From: Thermoanaerobaculia bacterium
GTDB taxonomy: Bacteria; Acidobacteriota; Thermoanaerobaculia; Multivoradales; Multivoraceae
Direction: 5' to 3'
Assembly: GCA_963666565.1 (NCBI GenBank)
Contig: OY762911.1
Coordinates: 1,312,001 to 1,376,000, forward strand
DNA length: 64,000 bases
Shown: positions 29,201 to 38,076 of the stretch, piece by piece
Position numbering within the stretch: position 1 is the stretch's first letter
Layout: every line of letters starts with the position of its first letter
Position numbers and translations under genes: made by a program
The notes under the pieces: model-generated
Database searches by the model: none
What the model was told of the DNA's origin: nothing
What the model saw: only the letters and a program-made list of their open reading frames with translations

Positions 29201-30041
29201 CGCGGAGGCGGCGCTTCAGGCCTTGCGGGATGCCCTGACCCCGGCCATCGACGACCTCACCCGGCACATCGACACGATCAAGCACCAGGCGAAGACGGTC
29301 ACCGTGGGCATCTCGCGCCACGACCAGACCCTCGGCCGGATGTCCTTGGACGCGGCGCTCAGCCAGGCCGGCGCGCCGGAGGAGTCCATCTCGACGGAAG
29401 ATCGGCGGACGATGAGCGCCCTCGATCCCTTCGTCGACCAGGTTCTCGGCTACGTCCGCTACCGGCTGTGGTCGGGCGGCCACGGCCCGCCACCCGGCGA
29501 CGGCGCCACGATCCGGGTCCTGCGCGCCGGCGGCCTGTGCCGCGACCTGCAGTCGCGCACGGTGCGGCAGCCGCTGCTACAGGGCACCAAGTACGCGGTC
29601 GCGGTCGAAGGCCGGTTGCTCGCGGCGCGTGGCCGGACGGACGGCCGGGTGTTCGTCGGTGTGCCGGAGTGGAGCGGCGGCGAGGTCTCGGCTCTCAACC
29701 TGGTCCACGTGCGTTTCCGCGAGCGGGCGCCGGCGGCCGAACTGCGCCGGCTGCTCTCCGGCTACCGCGAACGTTACGCCGGCCTTCGCCACCAGGTGCT
29801 CCGGCAGGCCGCGGAGTTCGACGACGGGCTGCTGGGCGAGCTCCCGGTCGAAAACCTCCTGATCGACCCCGTGCCCCAACTCGCGCAGCGCTGGCGGAGC
29901 GCCGGGAACGGCGGCATCCCGCCCACCTCCGCGGCCGCGAGCGGGGGCGGCGTCGCCGAAGCCGTGCGCGGGTGCCCGGGACAGGCGGCCGACGCCAGCG
30001 GCGAGAGCCCCGAGACGCTGCTCAAGGCGGGACGGCCTTGA
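26208..30041 (+). CDS. Extended (1277 aa) GlmS-like glutamine-fructose-6-phosphate aminotransferase
   Basis: MCGI, LEIRGRDSAG, GHTRWA..NAHP, SQSGTT.DT, SVASTKAF, internal AKTVTVG. Confidence 0.88.
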   Translation: MCGIVGILMRPHPGPAIGSRELLDGLAAAGRAVEAAVGECDRAEAEALAAALSAAASELADWDRRLRARPAVRSLVRDESLRAATADALRPCSAAVRRLEASLDAGAARFGNAGLEAVNRAAAALADAEWAIRRDRLRTAAEVAALVPAGGNDGFAGNGRAGASDAGLDVLIAVQQTFSSLDRLEIRGRDSAGLFLLLSGHGVDPDARAIRAELDARTGDPLFGHRAVRLRGGRLGLVYKCAEEIGELGDNVRFLRAAVAADPLLAAALRSPDVEAAVLGHTRWASVGRINEANAHPLNDAERPPRVIAAINGDIDNHADLAVLEKLDIDPRITTDAKVMPVLMSRRLADGDAPFDAFRDTVAAFEGSLALGALAWDDPSRLYLATQGSGQGLYVGLADRAFVVASEPYGLVEETSTWLRLDGEAEPDRAGAGWGQIVVLDAGRAGELEGIERYSAGGSPLPVTPEELDHAEITTRDIDRGEFPHFLLKEIGEAPRSVRNTLRGKVREDATGRLRVSVGERTLPEAVARGLREGTVARIVVTGQGTAAVAGQGIAAAIEGRLRERGLGRPRVDAMPATELSGFHLVADMHDTLVVAVSQSGTTTDTLRTVNLAQRRGAHAIAIVNRRNSDLADRADGVLYTSDGRDVEMSVASTKAFYSQIAAGMLLAVAIADRVAGGPDERPAADRLLRELRNLPGAMERTLALRPAIAAAAREYAPRLRDWSVVGNGLDRIAAEEIRIKLSELCYKAIACDATEDKKHIDLSSEPLILVCATGVQGSTAADTRKEIDVYRAHRATPIVIASEGAAFPSAAAVIEVPEAPPELSFVLATVVGHLFGYHAALAIDDLAGPLRAIRNALDPVADAGTPNGPARCGPASPDALQGGEQSAGTAAGTVARLRDDAGRFDRTHGAGTAAAAVARLREEAAAEIAAVREGLAAGGYDGNLHAGKAVRLAVALDRLERVSVAAGADSEAGVDGEAGAGGEAGAGGEAGAGGEAGAEAALQALRDALTPAIDDLTRHIDTIKHQAKTVTVGISRHDQTLGRMSLDAALSQAGAPEESISTEDRRTMSALDPFVDQVLGYVRYRLWSGGHGPPPGDGATIRVLRAGGLCRDLQSRTVRQPLLQGTKYAVAVEGRLLAARGRTDGRVFVGVPEWSGGEVSALNLVHVRFRERAPAAELRRLLSGYRERYAGLRHQVLRQAAEFDDGLLGELPVENLLIDPVPQLAQRWRSAGNGGIPPTSAAASGGGVAEAVRGCPGQAADASGESPETLLKAGRP
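29106..29207 (+). repeat. In-frame 18-bp VNTR, (EAGAGG) x ~5
   Basis: GAGGCCGGCGCGGGCGGC-type units inside the GlmS-like gene. Confidence 0.85.
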
Positions 30042-31009
30042 GAGTCCTGCTCACCGGCAGCGCCGGCTTCATCGGCTTCCACGTCGCTAGGGCGTTGCTC
30101 GCGCGCGGCGACGAGGTGATCGGCTACGACAACTTCAACCCGTACTACGACCCGGAACTCAAGGAGCGGCGCAACGCGATCCTCGAGGAACAGCCCGGCT
30201 TCCGACTGGTGCGGGCCGACATCGGCGACCGCCACGCCCTGCAGGAGGCCTTCGACGACCTCGTCCGCGGCGCCTCCGGCACGGAGACGAGGGTCTGCCA
30301 CCTCGCGGCCCAGGCCGGAGTGCGGCACTCGATCGACCATCCGAACCAGTTCGTGCGCGACAACGTGCAGGCCTTCACCTACGTCCTCGAACTGTGCCGC
30401 GACCACGAGGTCGGCGGCCTGATCTACGCCTCGAGCAGCTCGGTCTACGGCAACAGCACGCGCGAGCGGCTGAGCGAGACGGACGGCACGTCTTCCCAGT
30501 GTTCGCTCTACGGCGCGACGAAGAAGATGAACGAGCTGATGGCGTCCGTGTACCACCACCTCTACGGAATGCGCGTGACCGGGCTCCGCTTCTTCACGGT
30601 CTACGGCCCGTGGGGCCGGCCCGACATGGCCCTGTTCCTGTTCACCGGCGCGGTACTGCGCGGCGAGCGGATGAACGTCTTCGGGCACGGCCGGATGCAC
30701 CGGGACTTCACCTACATCGACGACATCGTCGCCGGCGTCGTCTCGGCGATCGACCGCAACCACGAGGAGCTCGTCTGCAACCTCGCCGCCGGCCGCACCG
30801 AGGAACTGATGGAGTTCATCCGCCAGATCGAAACGAGTTGCGGCCGCGAGGGCGAGAAGGAGTTCCTGCCCATGCAGCCCGGCGACGTCGTGCGGACCTC
30901 GGCCGACCTCACCCGCGCCCGCGAATGTCTCGGCTACGAGCCGACGACCGCGATCTCCACCGGCATCCCCCGCTTCGTCGACTGGTACCGCGACTACTAC
31001 CGCCTGTAG
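30038..31009 (+). CDS. NAD-dependent nucleotide-sugar epimerase (UDP-glucuronate 4-epimerase-like)
   Basis: TGSAGFIG, HLAAQAGVR, YGATK, RFFTVYGPWGRPDMA; TTGA-coupled. Confidence 0.92.
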   Translation: MRVLLTGSAGFIGFHVARALLARGDEVIGYDNFNPYYDPELKERRNAILEEQPGFRLVRADIGDRHALQEAFDDLVRGASGTETRVCHLAAQAGVRHSIDHPNQFVRDNVQAFTYVLELCRDHEVGGLIYASSSSVYGNSTRERLSETDGTSSQCSLYGATKKMNELMASVYHHLYGMRVTGLRFFTVYGPWGRPDMALFLFTGAVLRGERMNVFGHGRMHRDFTYIDDIVAGVVSAIDRNHEELVCNLAAGRTEELMEFIRQIETSCGREGEKEFLPMQPGDVVRTSADLTRARECLGYEPTTAISTGIPRFVDWYRDYYRL

Positions 31010-31013
31010 CCGC

Positions 31014-31124
31014 GTGCGAACCGGGTGCGAACCCGGTGCGAACCGGGTGCGCGCTGGGTGCGCGGGTCTTCCGACCCGCATGCCGCCGCAAGCGGCCAGG
31101 AAAACGCGCCGCGAAGCGGCGACC
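31014..31124 (-). repeat. 11-bp tandem repeat running into a composite REP-like element
   Basis: GTGCGAACC(G/C)G x3, then REP core at 31056-31079 and accessory hairpins. Confidence 0.85.
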
Positions 31125-31141
31125 GCCTCCCCGCCGCCGCG

Positions 31142-33031
31142 TCAGCCGCTCGAGGGAACCGAGATCGCCTCGCGCAGGACGGACATCGTCCCGCTTGGCT
31201 CGTCCACCACGCCCAGGACGACCGTGTAGTCCCCTTCCCAGAGCTTCACGCCCAGGTCGACGAAGTGATAGCCCGCGTGGGAGCTGAGGCCCCCGGGACC
31301 TCCGAGCTCGACAAGCATCCGCCGCGCCGGGGTCCGGTAGCCCTTGCTTCTCTCCACGGCCATCAGCCAGAGGCCCAGCGACCCCCTGTCGCCATCGGGT
31401 CCTGGCAGCAGCGTTGCCGCCAACTCGGGAATCGCCACCCGGACCACGAGTTCGTGAACGTCTTCGCGGTTCCTGCGTCTCCGCCGCCGATCCTCTTCCA
31501 CCTCGAGAAGCGTTGTCGGCTCGAAGCGCATCGCCACGCTCAAGGGGTTCGCCCCGTCGGCGAACCAATCCCCTTCCAGCCAGGCCGTACTGAGGAGCCT
31601 CTCGGCGATCGTCTGGTCGCGCGACTTGTCCTGCCAGGACCGGCGGTAGGCCAGGCGGTATCCCTGTTTGCGAAGGGATCGAGCCAGCTCCACCTCGATC
31701 TGCCTCAGCTCGCCGGGCTTGTGGTCCGCGGCCGTGACGGCCAGCTCGTAGGAAGCGTCCAGGTGCTCTTCCGCGTCGTCCAGCAAGGGGCCCAGGGCGT
31801 TCGAGTTGAAGAGCGTGCGACCGCCCGTCTCCCGGGACAGGTACGCCATCCCGCCTTGCCGGTTCAGTCTCCAGGAGCGCACCGATTCAAAGGGGGAGGG
31901 CACGCCGCCAGCGTCCAGCATGTAGAGCGTCATGTTGTTCGCGTTCGCGTGCGCGGCGACCCGGTCGAAGAGCCTGCTCAACTCCCCTCCCGGTCCCAGC
32001 AGGGCCGCTCCTCTGCCGGAACCCACGCCACGACAGAGCCGCTGTACGTACTCGTGGAGTTCTTCACCAGGCACTTGAGCGAAGCCGTTGCCGACGTAGA
32101 GCACTGCCTTCCTGCCTGGAACGCCGCTGAACGCCGTGACGACGTCCCAGAGGGCCTCGAGCCGCTCCGCCGTCCGCCGCCTCTCCCGCACTTCGTAACT
32201 CCTGATGAGGGCCGTCGCCTGCGGGAACCCCGAACCGCAGCCATCGGCATACGGCGCGAAGAGGATGTCCCTGACCTGCTCCTTTGCGCGTTCAAAGTGC
32301 AGCCCGGTCTGAATAGACCGCCACCGGGGCTTGGGCAACGCCTCGGCCGCGGCCAGTGCGGCGTCCAGATCTTCCGTCGGGGGCACCCGGATCTGCACGT
32401 GGTCTCCGGACGTGACCAGGGCGAACCGCGCGTTCCAGGCGCGGAGGGCCTCCGCTTCGCGCTGCACTCTGTGCAGAAAGCGCCGGCGGTCGAAGAACCG
32501 GGTACCGGCCTCGTCGAAGTAGACGATGACGTTGACGGGCGGTCCCGTCGGCGGGTCCGCCACGGCCGCGCCAGCGTCACCGTCCGTTGGCTGCTCACGC
32601 AGGAGCGTCCGCTGGAACCCCGTGATCTCGACCCGCTCGCCATCGAGGTGGACGATGAAGTCCTCCTGCTCCAGGTCTGTCACCGGGCCGCCGCCCCGAG
32701 CCGTCACCACGACGTGGACGAGTACCTCGGTCACGGACACCGTGTCCGCGAAGGTCTGTGCGGCGGCCGGCCCCGGGAACACGCCCGCGGCGACGCCCAG
32801 TACGACTCCCAGGAACAGGGTCCCGATCAGCCGTCTGGCAGGGTGCAGGCGCCTAACGGAGCGGGTTGCGCCGGCGCCGCTCTGGCACCGGCCTCGGCTC
32901 GTGCGGTCGCCGGCCTTTGGCCGGCGGCCCTTTCGTCCGGGCTGCGCCGCTCCGCGGCTCCGCCCGTGGGCGGGTCGGAAGACCCGCGCACCCAGCGGAA
33001 GGCTGGCTCGGCTGTGGGCAACCGGTTCCAT
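31142..33031 (-). CDS. Acidobacterial-type VWA-domain secreted protein (start uncertain)
   Basis: Signal-like segment ending AAA-QTFADTVSV, PVTDL...DF, VYFD, PGRKAVLYVGNG, LSRETGG. Confidence 0.8.
   Translation of the reverse strand: MEPVAHSRASLPLGARVFRPAHGRSRGAAQPGRKGRRPKAGDRTSRGRCQSGAGATRSVRRLHPARRLIGTLFLGVVLGVAAGVFPGPAAAQTFADTVSVTEVLVHVVVTARGGGPVTDLEQEDFIVHLDGERVEITGFQRTLLREQPTDGDAGAAVADPPTGPPVNVIVYFDEAGTRFFDRRRFLHRVQREAEALRAWNARFALVTSGDHVQIRVPPTEDLDAALAAAEALPKPRWRSIQTGLHFERAKEQVRDILFAPYADGCGSGFPQATALIRSYEVRERRRTAERLEALWDVVTAFSGVPGRKAVLYVGNGFAQVPGEELHEYVQRLCRGVGSGRGAALLGPGGELSRLFDRVAAHANANNMTLYMLDAGGVPSPFESVRSWRLNRQGGMAYLSRETGGRTLFNSNALGPLLDDAEEHLDASYELAVTAADHKPGELRQIEVELARSLRKQGYRLAYRRSWQDKSRDQTIAERLLSTAWLEGDWFADGANPLSVAMRFEPTTLLEVEEDRRRRRRNREDVHELVVRVAIPELAATLLPGPDGDRGSLGLWLMAVERSKGYRTPARRMLVELGGPGGLSSHAGYHFVDLGVKLWEGDYTVVLGVVDEPSGTMSVLREAISVPSSG
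32970..32994 (+). repeat. REP-like core
   Basis: GCGGGTCGGAAGACCCGCGCACCCA. Confidence 0.85.
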
Positions 33032-33063
33032 GCAAGAGTCGAGTCGAGCAGCCGACATGTCAA

Positions 33064-33101
33064 GGCATGTTAGCCGTCCAGCGGCATGTTAGCCGTCCAG
33101 C
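33064..33101. repeat. Exact 19-bp tandem duplication over a stop codon
   Basis: GGCATGTTAGCCGTCCAGC x2. Confidence 0.9.
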
Positions 33102-34450
33102 CGCGCCGCCCAGGCCGCGGCCCGCCGCCGCATCGCCGGCGCGTCCTCCGGCAGGACCATGCCCTGCTCGACGGCACGGTCCAGCGCCGCGTTCCAGGCA
33201 TCGAGATAGCTCTCGCTGTCCGGATACAGGGCCGCCAACTGCTCGCTGTCGAAGTCGGTCGCCGTGCCGTACAGGAAGCCGAACCGGTTCCCGTCCCGTT
33301 GCATGCCGGCGCCGCTGTGCGAGGCGGTCGGCGCCTCGAGATCCGGCAGGCGAATGCCGCCGACGGCGTTGCCGTGCTCGTCCCGGACGACTTCGGGACC
33401 GGAGTCGCCGGCCTTCATCTCCACGCGCGGCATTCGCGGCGGTTCGACGCCGTCCTTGATCCAGCGGTGCAGATGCCTGATCGCCGCCTCGTACACCGGG
33501 TTGTAGGCCAGCCAGTTCGAGCCTTCGACGGTGCGTTCCTTCGGCCTCGCCACGGATACGTGCGACGTTCCCGCTACCTCCCAGAGCCGGAAGCGGTCCG
33601 AGTCCGGCTCGCGCACGGGGTAGTACCGGGGCAGTTCGGTCTCGGAGTTCACGACGATGACGGGGACGTCCAGATCCGCCCTGATCGACGAGGCGCTGCG
33701 GCCCCGGCGTCCTCCGCCGCGCTCGGACGCGAACGGCACGACGCCGCCGAAGTCGATGTACGGCAGGAAGCCGTCGAACACTCCCTCCACCGGATGCACG
33801 CCGTTGATGTAGGTGCGGAGCCGCGCGGCCGACTGGGAAGCGCCCGCCGCGATCAGCCGCTCGACCTCCAGTCCGCCCATCGGGTCGAGGCCCTGCCGGT
33901 CGCGTTCCGGACCGATGGCGCGCGCCACCTGCGTGAAGATGTCGTAGGAGAAGGCGTCGCCGGGGTGCACGAGGGCGCCGTAACGTCCCGGGTCCCACGC
34001 CTTCAGTCCGCCGGGGTTGCCGGGAAAGCCGTCGATGCCGACCTTCTGCGCGGACACGCCCACCCAGGCGTAGCCGCGCAGGGCCTCGCCTCCCGCCGAA
34101 CCGAGCTCGAAGCCGGCGGTGACGTTCAGCCAGAACGCGATGACGGTGCCGTTGAACGCGGACGGGTCTTCGGGCCGGACCACCAGCATGCGCGTCCTGA
34201 AGTCCGCCTTGTCGGCGGACGCGCGGGTGTTCCACCGGCCGTCCGGGGTATGGGCGCCTTCGGTCAGTTCGTAGGCGGTCGCCTCGCCCTCGAGGAAGTA
34301 CTCCTCCGTCACGTAGCCGCGGTCGGCCACGTCCACCGCGTTGAACGGAGTCCCCCGTTCCCCGCCCGTGATGGGCCCGGACAGGGTCGCCGGATCCGAG
34401 GCGAACGCGAAGGCAAGGCTGAGCGCCGTCAGGATCGTTCCGATCGTCAT
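33089..34450 (-). CDS. Secreted alpha/beta hydrolase domain protein (Abhydrolase_10-like)
   Basis: Signal peptide; EEYFLEG, WLNVTAG, GASQSA, WEVAGTSH, GNAVGGIRLP. Confidence 0.85.
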   Translation of the reverse strand: MTIGTILTALSLAFAFASDPATLSGPITGGERGTPFNAVDVADRGYVTEEYFLEGEATAYELTEGAHTPDGRWNTRASADKADFRTRMLVVRPEDPSAFNGTVIAFWLNVTAGFELGSAGGEALRGYAWVGVSAQKVGIDGFPGNPGGLKAWDPGRYGALVHPGDAFSYDIFTQVARAIGPERDRQGLDPMGGLEVERLIAAGASQSAARLRTYINGVHPVEGVFDGFLPYIDFGGVVPFASERGGGRRGRSASSIRADLDVPVIVVNSETELPRYYPVREPDSDRFRLWEVAGTSHVSVARPKERTVEGSNWLAYNPVYEAAIRHLHRWIKDGVEPPRMPRVEMKAGDSGPEVVRDEHGNAVGGIRLPDLEAPTASHSGAGMQRDGNRFGFLYGTATDFDSEQLAALYPDSESYLDAWNAALDRAVEQGMVLPEDAPAMRRRAAAWAARLDG

Positions 34451-34673
34451 TGGCAGGTCCTCTCTCTGGCTCGTTGCGGTTGGCGGCCGGCAGCTTGGCG
34501 CTCGGCCCGGAAGACGGTCGCGTTCGCGCGGTGCGGCGCCGGCTCCCGGCGTCTCGCCGGTTCCGGGTATCGTAGCCGCCCCCCGACAACCCGGTCGGCG
34601 CGTCCACGCGCCAGCCGCGAACCCGTCCCCAGGTCCGTCATCGGGCGCGGGGATGGCACTCCAGGAGTTCAGC

Positions 34674-36314
34674 GTGAAGGTAGCCCAGGGCGTCGCCGAG
34701 TACCTCAAGCGGGAGGGCGTCGAGTTCATCGTCGCCTACCCGGTCAACCCGATCATCGAGGCCGCGGCCGTGGCGGACATCCGCACCGTGATCGTTCGCC
34801 AAGAGCGGATCGGGCTGCACATGGCCGACGCGGTCAGCCGGCTGAGTTCGGGCAAGCAGCTCGGCGTCTTCACGATGCAAAGCGGGCCGGGGACCGAGAA
34901 CGCCTTCGGCGGCGTGGCGCAGGCCTACGGCGAGTCGGCGCCCATCCTGGTCATGCCGATGGGCTACAGCCGCCGGGCGATGCACGTGGCGCCGAACTTC
35001 AACGCGGTGGCGAACTTCCAGCACGTGACGAAGTGGTGCGAGCCGCTCAGCATGGGCAAGGCGCTGCCCGAGGTGATGCGCCGGGCCTTCACCCAGTTGC
35101 GTTCCGGCCGGCCGGGCCCGGTGATGGTCGAGGTGCCGGCGGACGTCTTCGGCGAGGACGTGCCGGACGATCTGGGACCGCGGCCCAGCGGCACCGTGCG
35201 TGTCGGCCCCGATCCGGACCTGGTGAGCCAGGCGGCGGAGATGCTGGCGGCGGCCGAGCGGCCGGTGATCTACGCGGGCCAGGGTGTTCACTACGCGGAG
35301 GCCTGGGACGAACTGCGGCGCTTGGCGGAGCTGCTCAACGCGCCGGTGACGACCAGCCTCGGCGGCAAGAGCGCGTTCAACGAAGACCACCCGCTGTCGC
35401 TCGGCTCGGGCGGCCGCGCGGTTCCGAAGACGGTGCACGAGTTCCTGGGCGCCGCCGACGTGATCTTCGGCATCGGCTGCAGCTTCACGACCACCGCGTT
35501 CGGCATCTACTTCGGCAAGTACACGCAAGCGAAGTACGTTCACGCGACGCTCGACCCGGTCGACCTGAACAAGAACGTCGCCTCGGACTGCGTCGTCGCG
35601 GGCGACGCGAAGCTGACGCTGGCCGCCCTGATCGCCGAGCTGGAAGGCCGGTCGCTTCCGCACGCGGCCTCGCGGGCTGCGTCCGTGCCGGCCGAGATCG
35701 AGCGGATCCGCGCCGGCTGGCTCGACGAGTGGATGCCCAAGCTGACCTCCGACGGCACGCCGCTCTCGCCCTACCGCGTGCTGTGGGACCTGATGGACAA
35801 CGTCGACCGCGACAACGTGATCATCACCCACGACGCCGGCTCGCCGCGCGACCAGATCTCCCCGTTCTGGCGCAGCACGACCCCGCTCTCCTACATCGGC
35901 TGGGGCAAGACGACCCAGCTCGGCTACGGCCTCGGCCTGGCGATGGGAGCCAAGCTCGCCCAGCCCGACAAGCTCTGCATCAACGTCTGGGGCGACGCGG
36001 CGATCGGCTTCACCGGCATGGACTTCGAGACGGCGGTCCGCGAACGCCTGCCGATCCTCTCCATCCTGTTCAACAACTTCTCGATGGCGATCGAACTGCC
36101 GATCATGCAGGTGGCGACCGAGAAGTACCGCAGCACCGACATCTCCGGCCACTACGCCGACATGGCGAAGGCCTTCGGCGGCTACGGCGAGCGGGTGACC
36201 GAGCCCGGCGAGATCGTCCCGGCGATCCGCCGCGGCATCGAGGCGACGGAATCGGGGACGCCGGCCCTGCTGGAGTTCATCACGGAGAAGGAGATCGGGA
36301 TCTCCAGCTATTGA
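34674..36314 (+). CDS. Thiamine diphosphate-dependent enzyme (acetolactate synthase-like)
   Basis: RQER, GPGTEN, GRPGPV, GDAA...NN TPP motif; RBS AGGAG. Confidence 0.92.
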   Translation: MKVAQGVAEYLKREGVEFIVAYPVNPIIEAAAVADIRTVIVRQERIGLHMADAVSRLSSGKQLGVFTMQSGPGTENAFGGVAQAYGESAPILVMPMGYSRRAMHVAPNFNAVANFQHVTKWCEPLSMGKALPEVMRRAFTQLRSGRPGPVMVEVPADVFGEDVPDDLGPRPSGTVRVGPDPDLVSQAAEMLAAAERPVIYAGQGVHYAEAWDELRRLAELLNAPVTTSLGGKSAFNEDHPLSLGSGGRAVPKTVHEFLGAADVIFGIGCSFTTTAFGIYFGKYTQAKYVHATLDPVDLNKNVASDCVVAGDAKLTLAALIAELEGRSLPHAASRAASVPAEIERIRAGWLDEWMPKLTSDGTPLSPYRVLWDLMDNVDRDNVIITHDAGSPRDQISPFWRSTTPLSYIGWGKTTQLGYGLGLAMGAKLAQPDKLCINVWGDAAIGFTGMDFETAVRERLPILSILFNNFSMAIELPIMQVATEKYRSTDISGHYADMAKAFGGYGERVTEPGEIVPAIRRGIEATESGTPALLEFITEKEIGISSY

Positions 36315-36412
36315 CGGATTCGATGCGCCGGAGCGTGTGAGGGGCGTTGGACGTGTCGGGCCTTCCCGTGTATTCTTTCCGGCGCCAGGGAAAGATAACC
36401 GGAGAAGCTGCG

Positions 36413-37021
36413 ATGATACCCACTCTGTCGGCGAACGAGGCCGCGTGCGTCACCGGCGTGCCCCTCAAGCATGTGCATCGCATCATCGACGCTGGCCTTC
36501 TGGGCGCCGCCGAGCGCGGCGGTGAACGCGCTCGTGCCGTACATCGCGACGCACTGGTGGGGCTCAAGCTTGCCCATGACACGATGGACCTCCTGACCTT
36601 GGCCGGACGGAGGCGTCTCGTCCGCTATCTCCTCGACCATCCTCGTGCGGGGATGGCACGCGAGCGCAACGTGTCCGTGGATCTGCGAGCGATGAAGAGC
36701 GAGGTGCGCAGAGGCCTTTCCGTGCTTTCGAGCGCTCGCGACGCGGTCGAGTGCGATGAGGCCGTGCTGTCGGGGGTGCCTTGCTTCAAGGGGACCCGCA
36801 TTCCGGTTCACGACATCGCCGACATGCTGGCCAACGGCGACAGTGCCCGGGCCATTCACGAGGCGTTTCCGCGGCTCACGGAGAGAAAGATCGAGCTGGC
36901 GGCCTTCTATGCGCGGGCCTATCCCCGGCGCGGGCGACCCCGCCAAGCACCCGTCTGGCGCGCGCGCAAGCCAGCCGTGACGGGAGAAGCCGCCATGGAC
37001 GACTTGTCCGCTTCGCCTTGA
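36413..37021 (+). CDS. DUF433-domain antitoxin
   Basis: VLSGVPCFKGTRIPV...EAFPRLT. Confidence 0.85.
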   Translation: MIPTLSANEAACVTGVPLKHVHRIIDAGLLGAAERGGERARAVHRDALVGLKLAHDTMDLLTLAGRRRLVRYLLDHPRAGMARERNVSVDLRAMKSEVRRGLSVLSSARDAVECDEAVLSGVPCFKGTRIPVHDIADMLANGDSARAIHEAFPRLTERKIELAAFYARAYPRRGRPRQAPVWRARKPAVTGEAAMDDLSASP

Positions 37022-37407
37022 AGTTCCTGATCGACGAGTGCCTCAGCCCCAGTCTCGCGATCATCGCCCGCGAGCGCGGATTCGCGGAATCCACCCATGT
37101 GACCTGGTTGGGTCTCCGGTCCCGGCAGGACTGGGTCCTGGTCCGGCGCGCGCTGGATGACGGCTACGTCCTCGTGACTCACGACACGGCGGACTTCACG
37201 GTCTTGATGGAACGCGAACCGCTCCATCCCGGACTGATCTGCCTGAACGTGGCGCACGGCCTCATGCGCCTCGACGTCCAGCGGAACCTGTTCGAGTACG
37301 CACTGACGACCAACGGGGACGCGGACCTTGCCGGGCACGTGCTGGAGGTCACGCTGGCGGCCGACGGGACGGTTCGGGTGGAACGCTACGCGTCCGCTAC
37401 AGAGTAG
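37018..37407 (+). CDS. DUF5615 PIN-like toxin
   Basis: MKFLIDECLSP...D...VLVTHDTADF; TTGA-coupled to DUF433. Confidence 0.85.
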   Translation: MKFLIDECLSPSLAIIARERGFAESTHVTWLGLRSRQDWVLVRRALDDGYVLVTHDTADFTVLMEREPLHPGLICLNVAHGLMRLDVQRNLFEYALTTNGDADLAGHVLEVTLAADGTVRVERYASATE

Positions 37408-38008
37408 GGGGCCTTTCCTTCAGCCTGAGCGCGTGGCGCGCTTCGCGTTCGAAGATGTGGACGATGCGGGCCGGTCTGCTGGCGAGGGTCTTCAGGTCAC
37501 GTCCGTCGATCAGGACGATGGCCAGGTCGGAGTCGGCCATGACCCTCTTGGCGTAGCGACGCGCTCGAGCGTCCACTGCCCCCGTCGTCACGACGACGAT
37601 CACCTTGCCCTTGAGCAAGTGGGTCAGGCCGATTTCCTTGGCCACGTCGTCAATCGACATCCGCGCGCTGTTCTTGCACTGGATCTGCCAGCGGTTGAGA
37701 ACGAGACGGTTGCTCTGGAAGATCAGGCCCACTTCGGCACCGTCGGTCTGAGCGCCGCGCAGCCGAGTGCCGGCGTAGTCCATGTCGAGTATCCGCATGA
37801 GCTTGAATGCAAGAGCTTCCAGTGCAAGGCCCGCGAGGTCCCTGTCGGAGCTGTCGATGTCCGACAGGATTCCCTCAAGAGGTTGTCTGAGCAGGGCGAC
37901 CACTCCCGGATCGGCCCACACCGCCAGTCGCCTCAACTGGGGTTCCACGATCTCGGCCATCAGCTTCGCTGTCGGAGCGACGAGGAGAGTCGGTGCGTTA
38001 GTGTCCAT
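37397..38008 (-). CDS. Mrr-like restriction endonuclease domain, probably truncated and inactive
   Basis: GLALE...AEVGLI...WQIQCKN; the expected acidic residue (AEVD) reads Gly. Confidence 0.6.
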   Translation of the reverse strand: MDTNAPTLLVAPTAKLMAEIVEPQLRRLAVWADPGVVALLRQPLEGILSDIDSSDRDLAGLALEALAFKLMRILDMDYAGTRLRGAQTDGAEVGLIFQSNRLVLNRWQIQCKNSARMSIDDVAKEIGLTHLLKGKVIVVVTTGAVDARARRYAKRVMADSDLAIVLIDGRDLKTLASRPARIVHIFEREARHALRLKERPPTL

Positions 38009-38076
38009 GGCTTGAGAATAGCCTCTGGCGGACTCGCGCCCGTTCCGTCGTGGACGTGACCGGCTAGAGTGCTCCG

